Below are positions 18,049-27,359 of a DNA stretch of 44,943 nt, one piece after another (the first letter of the stretch is position 1; each line of letters opens with the position of its first letter). Below the pieces are notes generated by a model, which made no database searches, was not told where the DNA came from, and saw only the letters and a list, made by a program, of their open reading frames with translations. The DNA is from Capsulimonadales bacterium (GTDB lineage: Bacteria > Armatimonadota > Armatimonadia > Armatimonadales > Armatimonadaceae): assembly GCA_033762295.1 (NCBI GenBank), contig JANRLW010000035.1, forward strand, positions 1 through 44,943. Direction: 5' to 3'. A program made the translations under genes and the position numbers.

Positions 18049-19101
18049 ATGCCCCGACGAATCGTGACTGTCGACGGAAAGACCTTTCGCATCGCCGATT
18101 ACGACCTGAAACCGCTGGAAGCCGGCGAAATCAGGGTCACCCTGACTTTCGCCGCCCCCAAGCACGGCACCGAACTGCACAGTCTGGGCGGCAGTGTCTT
18201 CGACCGTAAGCGCTGGGACGGCGAACTCCGAATGTTCCTGCCGAAACCGGACGATGCCCCGCCACCGGCCGCGCCGGCCGAACGCGGGATCGGGAACATG
18301 GTCGTCGGGACGGTTTCCGAGGTCGGCCCGGAGGTAACTCGCTGGCAGGTCGGAGACAGCGTGTTCGGCTACGGGCAGGTCCGGGAGATCGTTCAGGGGC
18401 CGGAAAGTTCCTGGTACCCGCTGGGCGATCTGACCCCGGAAAGCGCGGTCTGCATCGACCCGGCGCATGTCGCCTTCGTCGCCGTTCGCGACGGCAATAT
18501 CCGGATCGGGGACACGGTCGCGATCTACGGTCTGGGCGCGATCGGACTGTGCGCCGTTCAGATCGCGCGGGCGGGCGGGGCGCGGCAGGTGTTCGCGGTC
18601 GATCCGCTGGCGATCCGTCGGGAGTACGCCGTCGCTCACGGCGCGGATGCGGCGTTCGACCCGACCGCCGTCGATGCGGGACTGCAGATCAAACTCGCCA
18701 CCGGCAAAGCCGGGGTCGATGTCTCGATCGAAACCAGCGGCAATGCGCGCGCGCTTCAGGATGCCATCCGGTGTATCCGGCAGTGCGGGACGGTCGTTCA
18801 TGTGCCGTGGGGACCGCGCGACTGTACTCACCTTCATCTGGACGAGGAGTTTCATATCAATCGCCCGACCCTGATCGGCAGTCAGGCATGGGCCGGTTGG
18901 GGCAATCCGGATCGCGACTACCCGCTCTGGAACTGGGACCGCGCCTACGACGCCACGATCGAACTGTTCCGAGCGGGCCTGGTGACCGGCGAGGGAATGG
19001 TGACCCCGATCGCCTCGTTCGCCGACGCGCCGCAAATGCTCGCGGACGCCTTCGCCCATCCGGAAACGGCGATCAAAGCTGGAATCCGCTTTTCGTCCTG
19101 A
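18049..19101 (+). CDS. MDR-superfamily (zinc-binding alcohol dehydrogenase-like) oxidoreductase
   Basis: KHGTE, GLGAIG Rossmann motif, GVDVSIETSG; GGAG RBS before ATG 18049. Confidence 0.88.
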   Translation: MPRRIVTVDGKTFRIADYDLKPLEAGEIRVTLTFAAPKHGTELHSLGGSVFDRKRWDGELRMFLPKPDDAPPPAAPAERGIGNMVVGTVSEVGPEVTRWQVGDSVFGYGQVREIVQGPESSWYPLGDLTPESAVCIDPAHVAFVAVRDGNIRIGDTVAIYGLGAIGLCAVQIARAGGARQVFAVDPLAIRREYAVAHGADAAFDPTAVDAGLQIKLATGKAGVDVSIETSGNARALQDAIRCIRQCGTVVHVPWGPRDCTHLHLDEEFHINRPTLIGSQAWAGWGNPDRDYPLWNWDRAYDATIELFRAGLVTGEGMVTPIASFADAPQMLADAFAHPETAIKAGIRFSS

Positions 19102-19115
19102 GGTAATTTCGCTTT

Positions 19116-19553
19116 ATGATCCGACCGATTTCACCGAACGATGAAGCCCAATGGCGCGTCCTCTGGGCAGGCTACTGCACGTTCTACAAAGAGGATGTCG
19201 CTGAGGAGGTAACGTCCGGCCTGCTGAATCGCCTGTTCGCGCCGGAAGGCGTCGTTCGCGGCATCGTGGCGACGGATGACGAGGGCTATCTCCTCGGATT
19301 CGCGCACTACGTCCTGCATCCGCACACCTGGAGCGAGCGGACCCTCTGCTATCTCGAGGACCTGTATGTCTCTCCGGACGCGCGCGGGAAGGGAGTCGGC
19401 AAGGCGCTGATTGACCACCTGATCGCTCTCGGGCGGGAAAACCACTGGAAACGCGTCTACTGGCATACCGAGATCGACAATGAGACCGCGCGACGACTGT
19501 ACGATCGATTCGGCCCCGCCGATCCGTACGTGCGCTACACGGTCTCGCTATAG
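19116..19553 (+). CDS. GNAT family N-acetyltransferase
   Basis: CYLEDLYVSPDARGKGVG acetyl-CoA motif; N.TARRLY. Confidence 0.92.
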   Translation: MIRPISPNDEAQWRVLWAGYCTFYKEDVAEEVTSGLLNRLFAPEGVVRGIVATDDEGYLLGFAHYVLHPHTWSERTLCYLEDLYVSPDARGKGVGKALIDHLIALGRENHWKRVYWHTEIDNETARRLYDRFGPADPYVRYTVSL

Positions 19554-19564
19554 GAACCACGGGC

Positions 19565-20245
19565 ATGTCCATTCGAACGGCGGTTCTGATCCACGGCGCG
19601 GGTGGCGGCGGATGGGAGTTCGATCTCTGGCTGCCCGTTTTTGAGAAGGCGGGCGTTCGTCCGGTCGTATTCGATCTGGTTCCGGCGAAGGGCGGTCCGG
19701 AGAGCACGACCTTCGACGACTACGTCGAGCAGGTACGCGCCCAGGTGCCCCGTACCGGGCGGTTCGCTTTGATCGGGGCAAGTCTGGGCGGCATTCTTTC
19801 TTTGAAGGTGGCGGAGCAGGCGCGGCCGGCGGCTCTCGTCCTCGTCAACAGCGTGCCTCCCGCCGGAGTCGGGCCGCCGAACCCCTCGCCCCCCTACCCG
19901 GAGATTGTCCGCTGGGCGAACGGTCCGCTGGAGGAAACGCGTTTGGCGATGCCGGACAGTGACGAAGCGACGATACAAAAAGCCTGGAAGCGATGGCGGG
20001 ACGAGTCCGGCACGGTCCTGAACGCGATCACGAAAAAGATCCCGGTTCGGAAACCCGCCTGTCCCACCCTGGTCGTGATCGGCGCGGAGGATACCGATAT
20101 CCGCCCGACCACGAGCGTTGCCCTGGCCGACTGGGCAAAGGCGGACGTGCTTCGCTACGCCGGGATGAGCCATGTCGGCCCGCTGCTCGGTCGGCGCGCC
20201 CCGGAGGTCGCCGGGACGATTGTCCAGTGGCTGAAAAGCCGCTGA
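19565..20245 (+). CDS. Alpha/beta hydrolase
   Basis: LIHGAGGGGW, GASLGG, D(TD) and MSH catalytic-triad pattern. Confidence 0.88.
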   Translation: MSIRTAVLIHGAGGGGWEFDLWLPVFEKAGVRPVVFDLVPAKGGPESTTFDDYVEQVRAQVPRTGRFALIGASLGGILSLKVAEQARPAALVLVNSVPPAGVGPPNPSPPYPEIVRWANGPLEETRLAMPDSDEATIQKAWKRWRDESGTVLNAITKKIPVRKPACPTLVVIGAEDTDIRPTTSVALADWAKADVLRYAGMSHVGPLLGRRAPEVAGTIVQWLKSR

Positions 20246-20261
20246 CCGGCCGGGGCATCGA

Positions 20262-21452
20262 TCAGGGCGTCGGCGAGGGCGTCGTGGCGGCCTTTTCGAC
20301 CCGCGCAGCATCGGACGGCGACAGTTTGGTCCTTGCCAGAGCGACCAGTTCCCGGACGGAATCCGGCTTCCCGGCGCGGGCGGCGCGTTTCACCAGCAGG
20401 AGGAACGTCTCCGCCGTTCCTTCAAAGCCGATCAGTTTGTCCCGAATGGCGTCGCCCTCGGTTTTCCGATCCGCGCCGATCGCCGCCTCGTAGAATGTTG
20501 CGCCGCTCTCCACTGCCTCCCGGCGGAAATCCCGGATCGCGCCGGGCGGGAAACCGCTGGCGGAGGTCGTCATCCGGCATCGCTCGATCGTCTCGTCCGT
20601 CTTTTGTATGACATCCATCGCGGCGACCAGATCGGCATACCGCTTTTTCTCGATCAATACCGGCGCGATCTCCTCCAGCAGGACCTCGGCGGTCGGCGTT
20701 TTCTTGTTCGGCAGGGCGTCATATACGATCAGCGTTTTTTCCGATTCACCGAGGCTCCGGTTGTAAGCGACGAAATCCATCGCGATATCGAAGTCTGCCG
20801 TCCCCTTTCGGAGGCGGTCCAGAGCGGCGTCGCGGCGACGGACCAGCGCCGTCCGGGCCGCCGGGTAGGTTTCGGACAGTTGCAGAATGTCGGCAAGCAG
20901 GAACGACAGACGGACACCGTAGAACGCCCGGTCGTAGGCCAATCCCTTATCGAGGCACCAGAGAAACTCGGTCAATCCTTCGGCGGTTCGTCCCTTCCGA
21001 ATCAGAGCGCGGGCGTAGTCCATTCGCGCCATCGGATTGTTGACGCCCTCCGCCTGCCACTTCCGCTTCGCTCGCGCGACGCTGTCCAGCCCGGCCAGAG
21101 CCAGGTTGGCCTCCTCGATGAAGTTCTTCGGGGCCTGAAAGCCGACCAGGCGGTCGATCTCACGCCCGTCGGGCCGCAGCAGGAGGATCGTGGGGTAGGC
21201 ATCGATCCGGTAACGCCGCGCCAGATCGACTTCCTTTTCGGCGTCGATCTTGCGGGAGACGGTTTTCGCGACGAGCCAGCGGCGAACGGCCGGGTCTTTC
21301 CAGGTCTCGGCGTCCAGCTTCTTGCAGGGACCGCACCAGGTGGTGTAGAAGTCGATCAGTACCACCTTTTTGGTCCGTGCCGCCCGGACACAGGCCGAAC
21401 GGACATCCCCCGGCGCGAACGGCTCTTCCGACACTCGTTCCTTTTGCCTCAT
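20262..21452 (-). CDS. Thioredoxin-family protein with helical C-terminal extension
   Basis: DFYTTWCGPCK and YPT cis-Pro, followed by a TPR-like region. Confidence 0.82.
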   Translation of the reverse strand: MRQKERVSEEPFAPGDVRSACVRAARTKKVVLIDFYTTWCGPCKKLDAETWKDPAVRRWLVAKTVSRKIDAEKEVDLARRYRIDAYPTILLLRPDGREIDRLVGFQAPKNFIEEANLALAGLDSVARAKRKWQAEGVNNPMARMDYARALIRKGRTAEGLTEFLWCLDKGLAYDRAFYGVRLSFLLADILQLSETYPAARTALVRRRDAALDRLRKGTADFDIAMDFVAYNRSLGESEKTLIVYDALPNKKTPTAEVLLEEIAPVLIEKKRYADLVAAMDVIQKTDETIERCRMTTSASGFPPGAIRDFRREAVESGATFYEAAIGADRKTEGDAIRDKLIGFEGTAETFLLLVKRAARAGKPDSVRELVALARTKLSPSDAARVEKAATTPSPTP

Positions 21453-21532
21453 GTGCTCATTCCCTTTCGACCGCCCCTGAAAATCGCTTCTTCTATGCTA
21501 CCATAGCGGCATAGCGGGGAGGGAAGCATCTC

Positions 21533-22081
21533 TTGGAAATCACGGAAACGCTTTACGTTCGAAATCGAGAGGAATGGCGGACCTGGCTCGAAGCGAACCA
21601 CACGTCCAAAACCGAAATCTGGCTGCTCTATCCCAACCGTTCGTCCGGCAGACCGTCGATCCCGTATAATGATGCGGTGGAGGAGGCGCTCTGCTTCGGC
21701 TGGATCGACGGACAGGTGAAGAAACCGGACGCCGAGACACAGGCGCAGCGCTTTACCCCGCGCAAACCGAAGAGCAACTGGTCCGCCCTGAACAAGGAGC
21801 GGGTCCGACGTCTGATCGCCGAGGGTCGAATGACGGACGCCGGACGGGCGACGCTCCCCGACCTGTCGACGGACTTGTTCGTTATTCCGGAGGACATCGA
21901 GGCCGCCCTGCGCGCCGATCCGCAGGTCTGGGAGAACTTTCAGAACTTTCCCGAAAGCTACCGACGTATACGTATCGGCTATGTGAACGATGTTCGCCGA
22001 CAGCCACAGGAGTTTGCGAAACGGCTCGCGAATCTCGTCCGGCAGACCGCGCGAAACCGGATGTTCGGTACGATGCCGTGA
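21533..22081 (+). CDS. YdeI/OmpD-associated family protein
   Basis: WRTWLEANH, EEALCFGWIDG, FTPRKPKSNWS and IPEDI. Confidence 0.92.
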   Translation: MEITETLYVRNREEWRTWLEANHTSKTEIWLLYPNRSSGRPSIPYNDAVEEALCFGWIDGQVKKPDAETQAQRFTPRKPKSNWSALNKERVRRLIAEGRMTDAGRATLPDLSTDLFVIPEDIEAALRADPQVWENFQNFPESYRRIRIGYVNDVRRQPQEFAKRLANLVRQTARNRMFGTMP

Positions 22082-22701
22082 CGACGGACCGCTTGGTCCG
22101 ATATTCCAAGGAAATACAGGCAAGAAAAAAAGGTGTCCCGTTGAACCTCTTCGGAATCGACTTTACGCCGTTCTTTCAGCCGCTGCTCGCGCTTTGCGGG
22201 GCGCTGGCCCTCGTGCTGAACGCCCGCAACCAGGACCTGAGCCGTCTGATCCGGAGCGGGACCGAGCAGGTGACCCGCCGGGAGAACGGGCGGGAGACGA
22301 TCGACCCGACGCGTAAGGAGGATTTGCGGCGGCAGGCGGTCGTCTTTCGCGAGCGGATCCTGATCGTTCAGCAGGGACTGTTGCTCACCTATACGGCGGG
22401 CATCTCCCTGACCCTGATGGCCGGTTTCTCACGGGTGCCGTTTCCGTTTCACAACGTGGCGGCGGAGGTCTTCGGGGCGTTCGGGATACTGGCCGTGGTG
22501 ATCGCCTGCGCGTCCGCCGTTCGCGACATCGTCAAATCGATCGACACCACCGAGATGGAGTTGATCTCCGCCTACGGTCCGGAGATCCTTCCGCCGCACG
22601 CGACCGTCTTCCGGCGTCGGCCCGGTGGCGGTCGGCGCAGTTTCCGGGTACGCCTTGCCGACGGTCTGCGCGCCTTCGGCAAGGCTTTTGCCCGGGATTA
22701 G
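22078..22701 (+). CDS. Membrane protein, DUF2721-like
   Basis: Three hydrophobic segments; the start may be TTG 22141. Confidence 0.55.
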   Translation: MTTDRLVRYSKEIQARKKGVPLNLFGIDFTPFFQPLLALCGALALVLNARNQDLSRLIRSGTEQVTRRENGRETIDPTRKEDLRRQAVVFRERILIVQQGLLLTYTAGISLTLMAGFSRVPFPFHNVAAEVFGAFGILAVVIACASAVRDIVKSIDTTEMELISAYGPEILPPHATVFRRRPGGGRRSFRVRLADGLRAFGKAFARD

Positions 22702-23765
22702 GCGACCGCCGCCGGGAAGACTCCCTGGTTCAGCAGATCGACCAGCGGTGAATCGTCGATCGTGAGCGGCAAATCGATCCGTCCGCGCCGCCGCGCCGAT
22801 TCGTAGGTGGCGAAGATGATCTCGGTGGTACGCAGGGCGTTGGTGACGTCCAGAAGCGGGGTTCGTCCGGTTTCCAGCGCCTCGACCAGATCCTTGATTC
22901 CGAGCGTGATCGCCGCGTCGCCGTGGATGCCGCCGCCTCCGTCCTCGACCGGCTTCAGTTCGGTATCGTCCTTGCGGCGCAACCGGACGTTCGGGGCATC
23001 GTTATGAATTTCCAGCATCCCCTCGGTTCCGATCAGGCGGTTCTCACAGCCCATCATTTTGTGCGCCCCCTCGCCGGTGAGGAGCAGTCCGGTGACGCCG
23101 TTGGCGAACTCCATCAGGGACATCGCCTGTGTCTCCATCGGCACCTGAAAGACCTTCTTCGGGTGACGCGCATCGATCTGTCCCATGACCCGGACGGCAG
23201 GCTGCTCGTCGTTGTAGAAGAGGAACATGTTGAGCCAGTGGGTGCCCCAGTCGAGCATATCGCCGCAGGCCCCTTCGATCCGCACCAGTTTCCCGATCGC
23301 TCCCTCGTTCAGAAGGCGTTTCGCCGTTTGGAAGGGGTTATTGAAGCGCCGCTGATGGTTGAACGTCAGCTGGACCCCATTCGCCTTCGCGGCCTCGGCC
23401 ATGCGTCGCGCCTCGCCGAACGTGCCCGCCATCGGCTTCTCGCAATGGATGGCTTTGACTCCGGCCTCGGCGGCCGCGATCACCATCGGCGCATGGAGAG
23501 CGGGAATGGTGCAGACGGAGACGATATCCGGCTTCGCCGTCCGGAGCATCTCGTGGTAATCGGTGAAGACGGCGGCGTTCCCGCCCAGTTTTTCCTGATT
23601 GAACGTGTCCGCGTTCTCTTTGACGATGTCGGCGAGCGCCGTGACCGTACAGTTGCCGGTAGCGGCGTACCCTGCCGCATGAAGATGGGCCATTCCGAAG
23701 CCGGTCGCCCCCGCCGAATTGCGAGGGCGGCCCGTTCCGATGATCCCTACGCTAAAGTTTCCCAT
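22698..23765 (-). CDS. Gfo/Idh/MocA family oxidoreductase
   Basis: GIIGTG, CEKPMA, NHQRRF and DWGTH. Confidence 0.93.
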   Translation of the reverse strand: MGNFSVGIIGTGRPRNSAGATGFGMAHLHAAGYAATGNCTVTALADIVKENADTFNQEKLGGNAAVFTDYHEMLRTAKPDIVSVCTIPALHAPMVIAAAEAGVKAIHCEKPMAGTFGEARRMAEAAKANGVQLTFNHQRRFNNPFQTAKRLLNEGAIGKLVRIEGACGDMLDWGTHWLNMFLFYNDEQPAVRVMGQIDARHPKKVFQVPMETQAMSLMEFANGVTGLLLTGEGAHKMMGCENRLIGTEGMLEIHNDAPNVRLRRKDDTELKPVEDGGGGIHGDAAITLGIKDLVEALETGRTPLLDVTNALRTTEIIFATYESARRRGRIDLPLTIDDSPLVDLLNQGVFPAAVA

Positions 23766-23811
23766 AACCGCATCCTACCCGGTTTCGTACGCGGATCGAT
23801 GGAACGAGTGG

Positions 23812-25776
23812 CTATCGGCGAACCACTTTTTTCGACGGTTCGGCGGGCGACCCGGGCCGGTCACTCATGCGATAGCGGAACGGGTAGCTCTCCGTCACCG
23901 CCCGGATCAGCGTTTGCGCTTTTCCGTCGCTCTTCATCACCGTCTCCTCGATCTTGCGGACGGCGGGCTGATCGTACGGTTCGAGGCCGCGTCCCAGCGC
24001 GTAGGATAGCATTTGTTCGGTCAGATGCCGGACGAACTCCTTTTTGCGGTTCGCGAGCAGGAACTGCTTGAACTCGACCGGACCGGTGAACTTCGCCCCC
24101 TCCGGAAGCGCGCCGACCGCATCGACCGGGACCTCACCGATTTTCTCGCGCCATCGTCCGATCGCGTCGTAGTTCTCCAGCGCGAACCCGAGCGGGTCCA
24201 GACGGGCATGGCACCCGGAACACTCCGGCTTTTCGCGGTGCTTCTCGAGGCGCTGCCGGAAGGTCAATCCCTCCCTGGTCGGCTGGTCGTCGGAGGAAAG
24301 GGTGGCGACCACGGGCGGCGGCGGGGGCGGCGGGGTTCCGAGCAGGTTTCCGAGAATCCACTTGCCGCGCAGTACCGGCGAGGTCCTCTGCGGATAGGAG
24401 GAGAGCGTCAGGATGCTGGCCTGGGACAGAACACCGCCGCGCTTGCCGTCCGGCAGATAGACCCGACGCATCTCCTTGCCGGTCACCCCGGCGATCCCGT
24501 AGTGCTTCGCGAGTTCCTCGTTCAGATAGGTGTAATCGGAGTTCAGCAATCGGTAGACGCTCCGGTCCTCGGTCACCACGCTCCGGAAAAAGCGGATCGT
24601 CTCCTGGTACATGGCATCGCGCAACGACGGTGTAAAGTCGGGGAACTTGCCGGGGTCCGGGTGCGCGGTGGTATAGAGTTCGCGCACGCGTAACCACTGC
24701 CCGGCGAAACTGTCGGCGAACGCGTCGGCTTTCGGGTCTTTCAGCATCCGGACGACCTGCTGGCGCAGGACCTCGGGCCGCCCCAGACGCTTCGCTCCCG
24801 CCAGAGCAAAGAGCGTGTCGTCCGGCATCGATGACCAGAGGAAATAGGACAGGCGGGACGCCAGTTCGTAATCGTTCAGCGGACGCGCCCCCGGCGCGCC
24901 GCTTTCCGGTTCGATACGGAACAGGAAGTGCGGGGAGATCAGCACGGCTTTCAGGGCGAACTTCAACGCGTCCGTGTAGGGCAATCCCTGTTTCCGCGCC
25001 CCGGAAAAGAGCCGAACCAGCCCGTCGATCTCCTCCGTCCGCGCCGGTCGGCGAAAGGCGCGGGAAGCGTGGCGGGTCAATGTTTTCCGGGCAGCCGCCG
25101 TCTCGTCCGGTCGCTTGCCGCCGGGACCGGGCGCGGGCGGCAACAGATTCAGGCGTTTCGGATCGACCGCATTCAGGATTTCGGTCGCCGCCTCGAGATA
25201 CCGCTCCATCAGGACCGGCGGAACGTACAGCGTATCGGCGTTGTTGTCGAAGCCGCCGCCGCCGCCCGCGTCCGCCGGAAACTTCTCCGACAGCTTCTTA
25301 TCGACGCCGAACAGGTCGCGGACGGTGTGGTCGTACTCCGCACGTGAGAGCCGGTGAATCAGGATACGACCGGGGTTTTTCGGAATCAGGCGTTCCGGCG
25401 TGTTTTCGAGCGTATGCCCGATCCAGGCGGTGAGCAGCGAATGCTCGGCGTCGGTCGGTTTCGGCACCCCCTGCGGCGGCATCGTTTTATCGGCGATGCG
25501 GGACAGCACCTTTTGCCAGTGGGTCGGGTCCTTCCATATCTCCTCGACGGTTTTTGTCTTCGTCAGGTCGAGTCCCGTATTGCTGTTGGGGCCATGGCAC
25601 GAATAGCAATACTTTCGGAACAACGGTTCGATCTTCGCCGTGAACTCCTCCTGCGGCGTGGGCGGATCGCTCGCGCTGACCGGACGAAGGAGACCGGGCG
25701 CGAACGCCAGTCCGATCAGCAGGATCGGAGCGACGGCGAACGGCAGACGGACGGACGATATTCGAGGGGACGGCAT
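23812..25776 (-). CDS. DUF1592-type multidomain c-type cytochrome protein (PSCyt/PSD domains)
   Basis: Signal peptide; CYSCH and CSGCH heme motifs; HRLSRAEY, YELASRLSYFLWSSMPD, TSPVLRG and DPLGFALENYD. Confidence 0.92.
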   Translation of the reverse strand: MPSPRISSVRLPFAVAPILLIGLAFAPGLLRPVSASDPPTPQEEFTAKIEPLFRKYCYSCHGPNSNTGLDLTKTKTVEEIWKDPTHWQKVLSRIADKTMPPQGVPKPTDAEHSLLTAWIGHTLENTPERLIPKNPGRILIHRLSRAEYDHTVRDLFGVDKKLSEKFPADAGGGGGFDNNADTLYVPPVLMERYLEAATEILNAVDPKRLNLLPPAPGPGGKRPDETAAARKTLTRHASRAFRRPARTEEIDGLVRLFSGARKQGLPYTDALKFALKAVLISPHFLFRIEPESGAPGARPLNDYELASRLSYFLWSSMPDDTLFALAGAKRLGRPEVLRQQVVRMLKDPKADAFADSFAGQWLRVRELYTTAHPDPGKFPDFTPSLRDAMYQETIRFFRSVVTEDRSVYRLLNSDYTYLNEELAKHYGIAGVTGKEMRRVYLPDGKRGGVLSQASILTLSSYPQRTSPVLRGKWILGNLLGTPPPPPPPVVATLSSDDQPTREGLTFRQRLEKHREKPECSGCHARLDPLGFALENYDAIGRWREKIGEVPVDAVGALPEGAKFTGPVEFKQFLLANRKKEFVRHLTEQMLSYALGRGLEPYDQPAVRKIEETVMKSDGKAQTLIRAVTESYPFRYRMSDRPGSPAEPSKKVVRR

Positions 25777-25900
25777 CGCAGAGACACTTCCTGACCGATC
25801 CGGACGGTAAATTCCTTAAGTCACATTATACGACACCTTGATCCGAACGTCCCGCCGGATTTTGTGATTACCGGCCGGTCGATTTCGGGTACAGTAAGGT

Positions 25901-27352
25901 GTGAAAAAGATCGTTCTTGCCGGTGCGATTCCCGATGCTCTTCGTCATGCGCTCTCCGCTTCCCTGCCCGTTTCCGTGTTCGACGGCGTCCTGACGGACC
26001 CCGATTCGATCGCGGCGGCCCTTGCCGACGCCGACGCCTTGATCTACGCCCCGCCGATCCCCGACGTGCACGAGGCCGGACGGACGATCGGCGACCTGCT
26101 GCGCGGTGGTTACCAGCTTTTCAAGGCCGCTTCGGAGAACGCCGCCACCCGGCGCGTCGTTCTGCTCAGCACGCTCCGCTTCTTCGCCCGGATGCCGCAA
26201 AACTGGCGGGTACATACCGGATGGCGACCTCGCCCCTCGACCGACCCGTCGGAGTTGATGCCCTATCTGACCGAGTGCTCCGTCCGCGAATTGACCCGGG
26301 CCAGCGGTCGGTTCAACGCTTCCGGCGGCCTCCATACCACGGTTCTGCGCCTGAACCCGGAAACCGACACGCAAAAAACGGTGGATTTCCTGAAAGCGTC
26401 TCTGGAAAAGCCGTACCCGGAGCATCACTCCTGCAGTTTCCGCATCCTGCATGCCGGGGACATCGAGGGTCGTCCGCCGGCAACCGGGGCACCGTTTACC
26501 GAGGTGCTCGCCCCGACGGACCCGATTCCGTCGCGTCCTCTGCGCCGGGTGGTTCTTTTCGGCGCGGCCGGCCCGGTACAGGCCGCGACCGCGCAGGAAC
26601 TGGCGCGCGACTATGTTCTGCGCCTGAGCGATGTGCGTACGATGGCCGAAGTCCGTGCCGATGGCAAGCGACAGTCGCCGTTCGCCCCGCTGCCGGTTCC
26701 CCCGGAGGAGTTGCCGCCGAGCCGCTTCGAAATGCCGCACGACGAATTCACGCTGGATATCGCCGATCCGGACGCCGTTCTGGCCGCCTGCGCGGACGGT
26801 GACGCGATCCTCAACGGGTCGGTGCTGCGGCACGAACCGGTCGCCGCCTTTCGCGTCAACGCACAGGGCGTCTATAACCTCTGCCGCGCCGCCGTCGCCC
26901 ACCGTATTCGCCGTCTGGTACAGACCGGACCGCTGCAGACGCAGGGGCATTCCGAGGACGACTACTCCTGGGACTGGGCCGTCGATAACCCGCCCGCTCG
27001 CCCCGGACGCTCCCTCTATGCGCACAGCAAGTACCTGGGTCAGGAGATCGCCCGCGTCTTCGCCGAAAACCATGACCTGTCGGTACCGAACCTTCTCTAC
27101 ACCCAGTTCGTCAGTCCGGAAGCCCGTCCGGGCTGGGGGTCGGCGATGCTGGTCACCTGGGATGACTCCGCCCGCGCGTTACGGGCCGCTCTGGAGGTAT
27201 CCCCGGAACAGCTGGGTTCTCCGTACGAGGAGTTCCAGATCTCCGTGACCGTTCCGCAGGATACCTTCCGCTACGATCGCGCCCGCCGTATCCTCGGCTG
27301 GACACCGCAGGACGATCTGTCCTATCTCTGGCAGGAACCCACCGACGCCTGA
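25901..27352 (+). CDS. NAD-dependent epimerase/dehydratase family protein with two tandem SDR-like domains
   Basis: C-terminal half has VVLFGAAG, VNAQG and YAHSK (YxxxK). N-terminal half is a degenerate SDR-like unit. Confidence 0.75.
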   Translation: MKKIVLAGAIPDALRHALSASLPVSVFDGVLTDPDSIAAALADADALIYAPPIPDVHEAGRTIGDLLRGGYQLFKAASENAATRRVVLLSTLRFFARMPQNWRVHTGWRPRPSTDPSELMPYLTECSVRELTRASGRFNASGGLHTTVLRLNPETDTQKTVDFLKASLEKPYPEHHSCSFRILHAGDIEGRPPATGAPFTEVLAPTDPIPSRPLRRVVLFGAAGPVQAATAQELARDYVLRLSDVRTMAEVRADGKRQSPFAPLPVPPEELPPSRFEMPHDEFTLDIADPDAVLAACADGDAILNGSVLRHEPVAAFRVNAQGVYNLCRAAVAHRIRRLVQTGPLQTQGHSEDDYSWDWAVDNPPARPGRSLYAHSKYLGQEIARVFAENHDLSVPNLLYTQFVSPEARPGWGSAMLVTWDDSARALRAALEVSPEQLGSPYEEFQISVTVPQDTFRYDRARRILGWTPQDDLSYLWQEPTDA

Positions 27353-27359
27353 TCCGCGC

